The position numbers were made by a program, and so were the translations under genes. A stretch of DNA of 64,000 nt from Pseudomonadota bacterium (lineage in GTDB: Bacteria; Desulfobacterota; Binatia; Binatales; Binataceae), in assembly GCA_021324855.1 (NCBI GenBank), contig JAJPIG010000011.1, forward strand, positions 130,877 to 194,876, written 5' to 3'. Positions 48,471 to 57,829 of the stretch are shown one piece after another; position 1 is the stretch's first letter, and every line of letters begins with the position of its first letter. The notes beneath the pieces are model-generated. The model was not told the DNA's origin. It did not search any database and saw only the letters and a list, made by a program, of their open reading frames with translations.

Positions 48471-48706
48471 GGCCTTCTCGGACACCGGGAAGGTCGGAGC
48501 GGCTGTCCTAAATCCCGCCGGCCTCGAAATATGACGGACGAACGGGTTTGCATGCCGATCGGACACGTTCCGATCGAGGGTTTCGGACTGTTTGCGATAT
48601 CCCCTTCTCCTTGCTAGCTTCTCACTACTAGTTTTAAACCTGAATTACTGATTTTATCCTCCCACCGACTGAATTAGCACGCCGACGTTCGCGTTATCGT
48701 GCGAGG

Positions 48707-49978
48707 ATGCAATGCGAGAATGAGTCGCCGCACTTCGGAAACTATCGCGCGAGAGAACTGGCGATTGTGCCGTCGCCGATTCTCGTCGTGATCAAAAAGC
48801 ATGAAGGGCTGTTGCAGCTCGGAAGCGCAGCGCTGTCATCGAGGTATTCTAAAATGATCGCGCAAATTTCGACCAGGTTGTTCTCGGTCCCATCGACCCA
48901 GGGGTCGTGGGAGATCATTCGCTTCAAGGGCCTGATGCGCTATCTCGGCGCGATCTGCTTCGCCCTGCTGGCGATCGGCTTTCGTTCAGTCCTCGACCAA
49001 CTCCTGGGCGATGCGTCGCTTTATCCATATGCGACGTTTTACCTGCCAATCGCACTCAGCACGTGGCTGTTCGACCTCGGCCCGGGATTCGTTACTGCAG
49101 CGCTGTGCGAGATTTTTGTCGTATGGGGGCTACCGCCGTCGGGCTCGTTTGTAGTTGCCTCACGTGGAGATCAGACCAACCTCGCGTCCTTTACGATCGA
49201 GAGCGCAGCCATCTGCCTGATCCTGGCCAAGCTTAAGGCGATTCAGCGTGAGCTTCAGATTGCCAAGAACGGGGCGGAAACAGCAAACCGCAGCAAGGAC
49301 GAGTTTCTCGAAATGGTTTCGCACGAGTTGCGCACCCCGCTCAATGCGATCGTGCTGTCGAACCGCCTGCTCGCCCAGGATGCGGATGCCTCTGGGAAGA
49401 TTCAGCACTCGGTGCGCGTAATCGAACGCGCGGCACATACGTTAGCGAATATGGTTGACGACCTGGTCGATTCGGGCCGCATCGTCAGCGGTCGACTGGC
49501 GATTAATCGCACCCCTGTCGATCTGGTTGAGATCGTCCGCGCCGTCGTCGACATGATGAATCCGGCCGCCGAGGAACGCGGGGTCCGACTGATCACGAAA
49601 CTCTCCGAATCATCGATTGCACTGTTTGCGGATTCCGACCGGATCCAGCAGGCGCTTTCCAATCTGATCAGCAACGCCATCAAGTTCACTCCGCGCGGTG
49701 GAATAGTTGAGATCGCGGCGAAGTCGGTCAAAGGTGGAGCTGAACTGCGGATCAGGGACACTGGGGAGGGGATCGATCCCGTTCTGCTGCCTCACATCTT
49801 CGACCGCTTCGCGCAGGATGACGGCGCGCCGAAAGGCCGCTGCGGAGGCCTTGGCCTCGGCTTGTTCATCGTCAAAGCGCTGGTCGAGCTTCATGGCGGC
49901 ACGATTGTCGCTATGAGCGCGGGCAAGGGATGCGGCGCCATCTTCGCGATATTCATCCCAACGGGCGCTGATGCCTGA
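48707..49978 (+). CDS. sensor histidine kinase with DUF4118-like membrane sensor region; no response regulator adjacent
   Basis: H-box EFLEMVSHELRTPLNAI, N/G1/G2 boxes, N-terminal polytopic region (YLPIALSTWLFDLGPG). Start uncertain. Confidence 0.7.
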   Translation: MQCENESPHFGNYRARELAIVPSPILVVIKKHEGLLQLGSAALSSRYSKMIAQISTRLFSVPSTQGSWEIIRFKGLMRYLGAICFALLAIGFRSVLDQLLGDASLYPYATFYLPIALSTWLFDLGPGFVTAALCEIFVVWGLPPSGSFVVASRGDQTNLASFTIESAAICLILAKLKAIQRELQIAKNGAETANRSKDEFLEMVSHELRTPLNAIVLSNRLLAQDADASGKIQHSVRVIERAAHTLANMVDDLVDSGRIVSGRLAINRTPVDLVEIVRAVVDMMNPAAEERGVRLITKLSESSIALFADSDRIQQALSNLISNAIKFTPRGGIVEIAAKSVKGGAELRIRDTGEGIDPVLLPHIFDRFAQDDGAPKGRCGGLGLGLFIVKALVELHGGTIVAMSAGKGCGAIFAIFIPTGADA

Positions 49979-50079
49979 GCCGCAGCGCGCACGGCACAAC
50001 CACCGACATCAACTCTTGCCGATATTCAGCGTTCTGGTAGATAGGGCGCTGAGAGCATCAATCGCAGGAGGTAATCGCG

Positions 50080-51138
50080 ATGGCTGCATCGACGAAGTCA
50101 CGGCCCGTACTGTTGCTGGGCAGCGTTCCACTCGGCTCAGCAGCCGAAGTTTTTGAGGCCGCCGGCGCGACGCTCGGCGAGCTTGCTCGTCGAATTCCCG
50201 ATGGCGAGACCGGCGCGGTCCGCCTCAATTGGGTTGGATGTCAGGCGCAGCCGTTCCGCGATGGGGTCGGTCTCGAGCCTGCCGCTACTCGGACCGTACC
50301 TGGTGTGCCGGAATTCACGCTCTATGGCATCAAACCCGGAAACGGTCCGGAAGGGGTTAAATTCGGACCGCTGGGTTACGCTCGATGGGCGATCGAATCG
50401 TACAAGGATTTCACGCGGCTGCGTTCGGCGGGCAAGATTCCGAAAGAGACGCGCATGCAGGTCAGCATGCCAACGCCGTTCGCGGTCGCATTCAGCTTCA
50501 GTGCACCGGCATCGTTCCCGGCGTTGTGGCGGATTTACGAGCGGCGGATGTTCGAAGAGGTCGACGAAATGGCGCGCGCGATACCGCATCGCGACCTTGC
50601 GATCCAATGGGACATCGCGCCGGACATGATCGAGTTCGACACCGTCTCCGAGCGGCCCGAGGCGATGCGGAAGTTATTCGCAGCGGGCGCGACGCGCGAT
50701 GAAATCGTGGCAGGCATTGCGCGCGCCGCGGACAGCGTTCCGGCGGACGTCGAGATGGGACTGCATTTCTGTTACGGCGATCCCGGTCACAAACACCTTG
50801 TCGAGCCGAAGCATACCGGGCCGGCGGTCGAGCTCGCGAATCGGCTGGCGACGATGATCAGCCGCCCGATCACCTGGGTGCATCTGCCCGTGCCGCGCGG
50901 CCGTGTCGATCGCGATTACTTCGCGCCGCTCGGCGGCCTCAAGCTCAAGCCGGGCACCGAACTCTACCTCGGTCTGGTGCATTTCACTGACGGACTTGAC
51001 GGAGCAAAACGGCGCATCGCGGCGGCAAGCACCGTAGTCAGCGATTTCGGGATTGCTACGGAGTGCGGGATGGGCCGGCGCAAGCCCGAGACGATTCGCG
51101 ATCTGCTGCGGTTGCATCGCGAGATCGCCACGCTCTGA
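50080..51138 (+). CDS. MetE C-terminal-domain-like putative Zn-dependent methyltransferase, paralog of 14620..15711
   Basis: Shares LLGSVPL, DLAIQWD, LHFCYGD and ECGMGRR with the 14620 gene. Confidence 0.5.
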   Translation: MAASTKSRPVLLLGSVPLGSAAEVFEAAGATLGELARRIPDGETGAVRLNWVGCQAQPFRDGVGLEPAATRTVPGVPEFTLYGIKPGNGPEGVKFGPLGYARWAIESYKDFTRLRSAGKIPKETRMQVSMPTPFAVAFSFSAPASFPALWRIYERRMFEEVDEMARAIPHRDLAIQWDIAPDMIEFDTVSERPEAMRKLFAAGATRDEIVAGIARAADSVPADVEMGLHFCYGDPGHKHLVEPKHTGPAVELANRLATMISRPITWVHLPVPRGRVDRDYFAPLGGLKLKPGTELYLGLVHFTDGLDGAKRRIAAASTVVSDFGIATECGMGRRKPETIRDLLRLHREIATL

Positions 51139-51169
51139 ACGGCTGCCGGCCAGGCGTCGAAACGTCAGA

Positions 51170-51382
51170 TCAAACGGTTACTGCCCAGGCTGCGACGGCC
51201 ATCAGGATGAGCGCGATCAGCGCGTAATACCTGAACATGCGTCGCTGTTCGGTGTACTTGACGGCGAGATAGACGAACATCACGCCACCGACATAGAGAC
51301 CCACGATCGGTTGACAGGTCTGGGGGCCGAGATAATCGAACAAAGCCTCGAAGATGCCTGATAACAGTGTCGCCACTATCAA
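51170..51382 (-). CDS. small two-TM membrane protein, hypothetical
   Basis: ORF with two hydrophobic helices. Confidence 0.3.
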   Translation of the reverse strand: MIVATLLSGIFEALFDYLGPQTCQPIVGLYVGGVMFVYLAVKYTEQRRMFRYYALIALILMAVAAWAVTV

Positions 51383-51660
51383 TCAGCCTTTCGGGGGTTC
51401 GATTTGTTCTCACAGGGTCTTAGCAGACTCAACTAGAATGATGCAATATTAATCTTTTATTACCGTTCTCAAATGAGAGAATCTCCGGCCGGATTACCGA
51501 CCGGATCTGTCCTATGGGCTCATTCAGAGCCGTGGGAGATCGGATCGAACGAGCCGACGCTCGAGTCGCCGAAGCTTCGACCGCCAAACGATAAACAGGA
51601 AAGCGCTCGCAAACAGCGCACTATCATCTCGATCGCGGCGCGCCTGCGGTGCCTGAACCT

Positions 51661-54180
51661 TCAAAAAAGATTCTTGAACGTGCCCAGTGGATTCGATGGC
51701 GCCGGGGTCGCTTGCGGCTGAGCGCCTCCGCCGCTTCCGCCGCCGGCTCCGCCACCAAGCAGTCCGCCCAGCCCACCGCCCTTCTTGCCGAGAAATTTGC
51801 CGAGCAGATTCTGGCCCTTCTGCTGGATCGCCTGCGATGCTGCACGTTGCGCGATTTCACCCACGTCAGGTTGGATTCTCGGCTTCGGCAGCTCACCCAT
51901 CACCCGGAGCGGGATCTGGACCTGGCCGTTCTGATTCTGCAGATAGACGATATTTCTCTTGTCTGCGCGCAGCTCACTGCTGAACTGCCGGCTCAGGATA
52001 ATTTGCGCAGCCATATCGATCTGCTTGTTGAGATCGAACCATCCGTCGCCCAGCATCGAGTAGTCCGCGGCGCGCACTGTCAGGTCGTGGGTTGTGATGC
52101 GCGGACCCTCGATGACGAAGCTCAGGTCGGCCTGATCGATATCAGTGTCGGGATTCTTGAACAACTCCGGATGGTTCTGGATCGCGGACATTGGGAGCAG
52201 CGCGCCGATTCCGGGGACGTTGTCGACCTTCTGGAGCGCGGTCGCGACCACGTTGACGCCGACCAGCTTGCCATTGCGCACTGCGAGCCGTCCGTTCCCG
52301 GCCAGCGTCGGCTTGATTTCATCTAAATTCCGGCCCGCGCCACTGGCCTTGACGTCGCCGGTTAGGATTCCGCGAACAATATCGGCAGCTTTCGATTTCT
52401 GCGAGGCCAGCGCCTGCTGGAGATCGACCTGGTTGAGATCGGCAGTGATATTGAACCGCGGCGCAGACGCGAACTCGGCCGCGCCGGCTGCGCCGATCGT
52501 ACCCCCGAAAGCGCCGAGCGCCAGCGAACGGATGGTGGCGCGCTTGTCGGCATATTGCGCGTCGAGCTTCAGATTCTGGTACGCGACGTTGTTTACGTTG
52601 CCGGAGGAGGAGCTTAGGTTGGCCGTTATGGCCGGAGCGCTCGTGACACCCTGTGCAGTACCGCTCACTTTCAAATTGTTGAGGATCTCGTCGGGCGGCC
52701 GCGACGGAATCAGGCCGGCGGTCTTAATCTGGTCGGCGCTGAAATCGTAGGTCGCAACCAGCGGCTGAATCGAGGTCGCGTGCGCGACCAACGTCGCGCG
52801 CTGCCCGCCGAGCATAAAATTGAGCGGGCCGACATCGCCGCGATTGCCGCTCAGCTTGATATCGCCGCTCAAACCGCTAAGCCCTGGGACGTTACCGCCC
52901 GGCGAGAGCGCGACGTTGGCCAGCGTGAGAGTGCCATCGACGGTGGGCTTCTTCGCGGCCATCGCCACATTGGCGTGCAGTTCCGCCTGGCCGGAGAGTT
53001 TCTCCTTCTGCAGTGCGATCACCGTGCGTCCGAGATCGCCGAGATCGAAGCGGTTACTGTCTAGCCGCGCGGCGAAGAGCCCGTTTTCCATCATCAGATT
53101 GGCGGCTTTGAGCTGGAGATCGGCGAGCGTCAGATGCGCCTCCTTGATGGCGAGCTTGCCGTTAGCGCGCGAGCCCGACGCCGCCGCAGTGAGCGCGACG
53201 CCGGCAACCTTATCGAGCATCCCGGCGTACACCACGTGGTCTTTGCTGAGGTCGGTGTTGAAGTCGAACGCAGGCGCACCGACCGTACCGGAAACTTTGA
53301 CGCCGGCCGAGATCGGACCGTCGATCGAAAGTTCAGGGGGAATCGCTTTGGCAAGCGGCTTGATTGATTTCAAATCCGTGGCCGCGATTGGCCCGACATC
53401 GACCGCGAACGCGAGCGGAATTGCATCGATATCGATGCCGCCGTCGCGGACGATTGGTCCGGCCCGGCCGTCGAGCTTCAAATTCTGATCGTTACCGAGC
53501 GCCGCCAGGGCGAGCTTGAGATTGAACGGCGCGTACAGACGGAAGTTCTCGATGTCCAGATCGACCTTGCGAATCGAGAGGGGATTTGGTCCCCAGGCTG
53601 GATCCTGGTAGACGATCGTGCCGTTGCTGATCGAGAGGCTGTTGACCGAAAGCTGAGCCAGCGCGCCGAGTGCACCGGCCCCGGCCTGTGCCGGGCCGCC
53701 CGTCGCCTCCATCGGCGAAGCTTGTGGAGCACGCGACGGTGTTGGAGGCTTTTCGGTCGGTTTATTAGCTGACTTCTTCCCAACAGCCGCGATGTTGAGT
53801 TCACCGGCGGCATTCCTAATCACATGTATTTCCGGATTCTGAATGTCGAGTCGAACGATCCTGACATGCTTCGAGAGCAGTGGGAGCAGCTCCAGCCGGC
53901 AATAGACATCCTGCACGGCGACCATCGGCTGAGATGAGAACGCGGGGTCGTCGGCGAGTGTCAGACCGTTCAGATCGAGCGACACACCCCATCCGAGCGT
54001 CGCCTTGATGGCCGAAACCGCGACCGGCCGTCCCAGCGAGTCGCTGACCTTATCCAGAATTCGCTGCCGGTTCGCCGCGATGATCGAATTCAGATTGAGG
54101 GCCGCGTAGGCGAAGATTGCGACGATGATGATCACGATCAGCCCGATTATCGAACCGCCGATGATTAACCCACGACGCAT
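51661..54180 (-). CDS. AsmA-family outer-membrane-biogenesis protein with Gly-rich C-terminal tail
   Basis: N-terminal TM anchor, a long beta-rich periplasmic region typical of AsmA/TamB-like proteins, and a GGLGGLLGGGAGGGSGGG tail. Confidence 0.75.
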   Translation of the reverse strand: MRRGLIIGGSIIGLIVIIIVAIFAYAALNLNSIIAANRQRILDKVSDSLGRPVAVSAIKATLGWGVSLDLNGLTLADDPAFSSQPMVAVQDVYCRLELLPLLSKHVRIVRLDIQNPEIHVIRNAAGELNIAAVGKKSANKPTEKPPTPSRAPQASPMEATGGPAQAGAGALGALAQLSVNSLSISNGTIVYQDPAWGPNPLSIRKVDLDIENFRLYAPFNLKLALAALGNDQNLKLDGRAGPIVRDGGIDIDAIPLAFAVDVGPIAATDLKSIKPLAKAIPPELSIDGPISAGVKVSGTVGAPAFDFNTDLSKDHVVYAGMLDKVAGVALTAAASGSRANGKLAIKEAHLTLADLQLKAANLMMENGLFAARLDSNRFDLGDLGRTVIALQKEKLSGQAELHANVAMAAKKPTVDGTLTLANVALSPGGNVPGLSGLSGDIKLSGNRGDVGPLNFMLGGQRATLVAHATSIQPLVATYDFSADQIKTAGLIPSRPPDEILNNLKVSGTAQGVTSAPAITANLSSSSGNVNNVAYQNLKLDAQYADKRATIRSLALGAFGGTIGAAGAAEFASAPRFNITADLNQVDLQQALASQKSKAADIVRGILTGDVKASGAGRNLDEIKPTLAGNGRLAVRNGKLVGVNVVATALQKVDNVPGIGALLPMSAIQNHPELFKNPDTDIDQADLSFVIEGPRITTHDLTVRAADYSMLGDGWFDLNKQIDMAAQIILSRQFSSELRADKRNIVYLQNQNGQVQIPLRVMGELPKPRIQPDVGEIAQRAASQAIQQKGQNLLGKFLGKKGGGLGGLLGGGAGGGSGGGAQPQATPAPSNPLGTFKNLF

Positions 54181-54184
54181 CGTT

Positions 54185-54835
54185 TCACCTCGTTTGCAGC
54201 AGCCGTCGCAGCTCTCCGTGCATCAACCGGGCGAGCCGCTCCTCGTAGTCCGCGATTGAAGCGATGCCCGCGCGCCGCATCCCGGCAATATTCGCGGTCG
54301 ACGGATGCATCAGGGGAATAACGCGCACGCCGTCAACACTACGATGCGCCGTGCCGTGCGCCAAGCTCATCACAACCGGATAGCCCAGGGCGGCCCGCGC
54401 CGCGCGCGCTCCGAAAGCGAGAATGAGCCGCGGCCGGATCATTGTGAGCTCGACGCTCAGATGGCGTGCGACACAGTTGCGCATCTCGCGCTCGCGCGGC
54501 GCGCGATTCGCACCACTCGGAGTGGCGGGCCAGCATTTGACGGTGTCGGTGAGATAGAACATCTCTTCGAGCTCGAGCTTGCGCGGCGCGATCGCCCGGG
54601 CAAAGGCGCGGCGAATCGTGAGATTACGCGGGTTCGAAAAGCCGCGCCCGTTGTCGAGCGAGACGCGGCCGGGTGCTTCGCCGAGAATCATCAAACCGTG
54701 GCGAGGAGTGCCGTGGCTGGTCGGCGGAAATTTCCGCCACGGCGCGATCGTCGCACAAATGCGGCATCGGATGGTCCTGCGCCACCATTTGTGAAGCGCC
54801 GCCTCGAGCTCGGATTTCGCCGGCTTGCGTTCCAT
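54185..54835 (-). CDS. uracil-DNA glycosylase, family 4-like (Fe-S type)
   Basis: GEAPG motif A, HPSTANIA motif B, Cys cluster (CRIC...KC). Start set at MERKP. Confidence 0.6.
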   Translation of the reverse strand: MERKPAKSELEAALHKWWRRTIRCRICATIAPWRKFPPTSHGTPRHGLMILGEAPGRVSLDNGRGFSNPRNLTIRRAFARAIAPRKLELEEMFYLTDTVKCWPATPSGANRAPREREMRNCVARHLSVELTMIRPRLILAFGARAARAALGYPVVMSLAHGTAHRSVDGVRVIPLMHPSTANIAGMRRAGIASIADYEERLARLMHGELRRLLQTR

Positions 54836-55011
54836 CGCACGGGTCGCGGCCGGCCGCCGTATCGGCGACTGTCCGCGACCAGCTAAAATAAGAGCGGAGG
54901 GGCGTAGTGGCACGCAAGCGCAAACCCGCCCGCCAAGGCAGTCAGCGTCAGGACAAGACGCCGTCATCCAAGCCGATTTTCCGCTCGCCGCTCAGCGAGC
55001 TTCCGAAGCTG

Positions 55012-55677
55012 ATGCGCCAGAAGAGCGAGGAGATCGCGCGCCGCAAACCGGCAGAACCTCCCGCAGCGCCTCCCAAACCCGCCGCGACCGCATCTGTCGT
55101 CACTGACGCCGCGCTGTTCCGGCAGGCCGTCGATGGCGCCCGGCCGCTGGCGCATGCCGGCACACGGATCGCGGTTGAACCGCGAGTTTCGGTCAGCATC
55201 GTCAGCGAAGAGGCCGAGGTGATGGCCGAACTCTCCGACCTGGTCTCCGGGCAGGCGCCATTCGAATTGACCGAAACCGAGGATTACGTCGAAGGGATGC
55301 GCCGTGGAATCGACCCGCGGCTGGTGACGCGGCTTCGCCGAGGGGAGTTTGCGATGCAAGGGCATATCGATCTCCACGGGATGACGCGCGACGCCGCCAA
55401 ACTCGCACTGGTCGATTACATCGTCGATTCAGTGCGCAAGGGTCGCCGCGCCGTGCTGATCGTTCACGGCCGCGGACGCGGCTCGCCCGGCGGCCATCCG
55501 ATACTCAAACACGCAACCGCGCACTGGTTGTCACACGGCGCCATTAGCGGCTACGTTCTGGCTTTCGCGACGGCGAGACCCGGCGATGGCGGGGCGGGCG
55601 CGATGTACGTATTGCTCCGACGCGAACGGCGTCGCGAACCGATCGATGTCCTGCGCGGGACGCATCGGCGCGACTGA
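55012..55677 (+). CDS. Smr-domain protein (SmrB/YfcN-like)
   Basis: HIDLHGMTRDAAKLALVDYIVDSVRKGRRAVLIVHGRGRGS Smr domain. Start uncertain. Confidence 0.6.
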   Translation: MRQKSEEIARRKPAEPPAAPPKPAATASVVTDAALFRQAVDGARPLAHAGTRIAVEPRVSVSIVSEEAEVMAELSDLVSGQAPFELTETEDYVEGMRRGIDPRLVTRLRRGEFAMQGHIDLHGMTRDAAKLALVDYIVDSVRKGRRAVLIVHGRGRGSPGGHPILKHATAHWLSHGAISGYVLAFATARPGDGGAGAMYVLLRRERRREPIDVLRGTHRRD

Positions 55678-55869
55678 CACGTCGGACCGAAGCGAACGGG
55701 AATCGAACGCATCGAGGTACGACGGCGAAACCAACGCTCTAGCCGCCTGATGTAACGCGCTCGGCGAACTCGATGCGACGCTCGGCCGTCTCGACGCGCG
55801 GCTCAAAGATGCGTCGTTTATCGGTGGTGACTCGTATTCTGTAGCGGATGGGTGGGTGGGATTTGATGG

Positions 55870-55907
55870 AAATCGAAAATGAAATGGGGCCCAAGAGGGC
55901 CCCATTT
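55870..55907 (-). terminator. rho-independent terminator of atpE
   Basis: 11-bp perfect stem AAATGGGGCCC-aaga-GGGCCCCATTT followed on the minus strand by CATTTTCGATTT. Confidence 0.6.
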
Positions 55908-55930
55908 GCATCTCGTCTTGACCGGGCCGG

Positions 55931-56266
55931 TTAAATCTTGCCCTGCAGAATGTAGGCGATCAGCAGCGCGTAGAGGCTCAATGACTCGACGAATGCCAGG
56001 CTGATGATCAACCACGTGCGGATCTGCGGCTCGGAGTTGGGATTACGCCCCAACGACTCCATCGCGGAGGCCGCCAAGCGTCCCTGACCCATGCCGCATC
56101 CCAGCGCGCCGATGCCGATCGCGAGGCCCGCGCCGAGCGCGATCAATCCGGCGCGCACGCCCCCGCCGGGGGCTCCTGCTGCTCCTGTTTGCGCCATCGC
56201 AAGCATCGGCGAAGCGATCACGATCGCCGCCGCGGCGCCTAACCATCCGGAAACCTTTCGAAACAT
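55931..56266 (-). CDS. atpE: F0F1 ATP synthase subunit c
   Basis: GAGLAIGIGALGCGMGQG...RTWLIISLAFVESLSLYALLIAYIL with an N-terminal extension. Confidence 0.75.
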   Translation of the reverse strand: MFRKVSGWLGAAAAIVIASPMLAMAQTGAAGAPGGGVRAGLIALGAGLAIGIGALGCGMGQGRLAASAMESLGRNPNSEPQIRTWLIISLAFVESLSLYALLIAYILQGKI

Positions 56267-56401
56267 TACCCTTCCTCCTTGTTTTCCGCGGCTATCAGCG
56301 CCGGCCATGGCTCTTTTTTTAACCCCTCTATCCTCTTCCACACCGCGAACCGGACGGAACTTGGCCGCGAAAATTTGACTCCTGGCTTAACCGGCCCCCG
56401 A

Positions 56402-57091
56402 CTAGTGTTCGTGACTCGCCAGCATCACGTAGACCATCGCCAGCAGGACGAAAACGAACGCCTGCACCACGCAGACCAGTGAGCCCAGTGCATAGAACAC
56501 CACCGGTACGATCAGCTTGGTCAGACCGGTGAAAACATTCAGCACGCGATGGTCGGCGAACATGTTGGCGAAGAGACGGATGCCGAGTGAAAAGGGGCGC
56601 GCGAGATTATCGATGATCTCGATGATCACTATGAACCACGAGAGCCACCAGACCGGACCGAGGAAGCTTTTCAGAAACTTGCTGCCTTGGATCCTGAAGC
56701 CCTGGTAGATGTAGTAGACGAAGCAGATGACCGCGAGCGCCCAAGTCAGATCGGTGTCGCTGGTCGGAGGCTCCATCCCGGGCACCAAGCCAAGGAAGTT
56801 CGCCACTAGGATAAAAAGAAAAAGCGAGCCGAAGAATCCGACGTAGGTATTGAGGTCGTGCTCGCCGAGCAGATCGCGCGCAAAAGCCGCCATCCCGCCG
56901 ACGATCAGTTCGGAAGCCGAGCGGACCGTAAGGCCCTCATCCGGAACCGCAGGATCGGCCGCACCGGCGAGCGCGCTCCGCGCAACGAGCGCGAAGACCA
57001 GCAGGATCGCCATCACGATCCAGGTTCCGACCACAACCGGCGGAATTCTCCCGCCGAAGCTCAAAATGTCAATGAAATTGACCGGATTCAA
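56402..57091 (-). CDS. atpB: F0F1 ATP synthase subunit a
   Basis: LGIRLFANMFADH signature with the essential Arg. Confidence 0.85.
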   Translation of the reverse strand: MNPVNFIDILSFGGRIPPVVVGTWIVMAILLVFALVARSALAGAADPAVPDEGLTVRSASELIVGGMAAFARDLLGEHDLNTYVGFFGSLFLFILVANFLGLVPGMEPPTSDTDLTWALAVICFVYYIYQGFRIQGSKFLKSFLGPVWWLSWFIVIIEIIDNLARPFSLGIRLFANMFADHRVLNVFTGLTKLIVPVVFYALGSLVCVVQAFVFVLLAMVYVMLASHEH

Positions 57092-57507
57092 ACCTGATTT
57101 CCTTTGATTTCGGGTTGCGCAATCGATCTAACTCGCGGCGCCGTGCGCCAGACTTCAATCAGGATGGCAGCCGGCTGAGTCAAGACGCCGGCGATAAAAG
57201 CGCCGAGATTCACTTCCAAGCGTCTAACGATCAGGTACGAGACGCCGATAAAGAACAGCAGCTTGATTGGAATCAGGAGGATCCCTAGCCACGAGAGGCC
57301 ACCGCTCTCGCTACTCATTGCGAGCATCGCACGCCCGACGATCGCCAGCAGGAAGAAATTGACGATCATGAAGGTGCTGCCGGTGATCGCACCGAAAGCG
57401 ATCGTTGGGCCCGCGGTCGCGTAGAGCGCGATCGCGAGGATGACGCCAACGATCGCGGTAGTGCGTTCGACACCAGGAATTGTGACGGATTTCGGTGCGC
57501 CGTTCAT
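57088..57507 (-). CDS. atpI: ATP synthase protein I (AtpI-like)
   Basis: Small 4-TM protein upstream of atpB with overlapping stop/start. Confidence 0.5.
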   Translation of the reverse strand: MNGAPKSVTIPGVERTTAIVGVILAIALYATAGPTIAFGAITGSTFMIVNFFLLAIVGRAMLAMSSESGGLSWLGILLIPIKLLFFIGVSYLIVRRLEVNLGAFIAGVLTQPAAILIEVWRTAPRVRSIAQPEIKGNQV

Positions 57508-57510
57508 GGG

Positions 57511-57810
57511 TTACCGGTCAAGATGCCTGAGGCCGATGATCAGTCGATAGATTCCGAGAACCAGCCCGAGGATGAGACCGATCACGCCGAGCCATGGAGT
57601 CAGATTAAAGTAGGTATCGAGCAAATAGCCGGCAACGACCAGCCCAAGGATGGTCGAGAAGAATTCGACGCCGATCGCGGCCAGGCGAAGACTCTGCCCC
57701 CGGTTGCCGGGAGAGCTATTGCGCGGCTCATTCATAGAGGTCTGCGAAGCAAGTTGAGTTCCTTTAGCGTTCGGAACTAAAAGCTTCGCTAAATCGAGCA
57801 TCAGCTCCAT
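57511..57810 (-). CDS. AtpZ/AtpI-family small membrane protein
   Basis: LRLAAIGVEFFSTILGLVVAGYLLD pattern. The start is uncertain because the listed N-terminus overlaps hemL. Confidence 0.45.
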   Translation of the reverse strand: MELMLDLAKLLVPNAKGTQLASQTSMNEPRNSSPGNRGQSLRLAAIGVEFFSTILGLVVAGYLLDTYFNLTPWLGVIGLILGLVLGIYRLIIGLRHLDR

Positions 57811-57829
57811 TTTCGCATTACTTATATCA

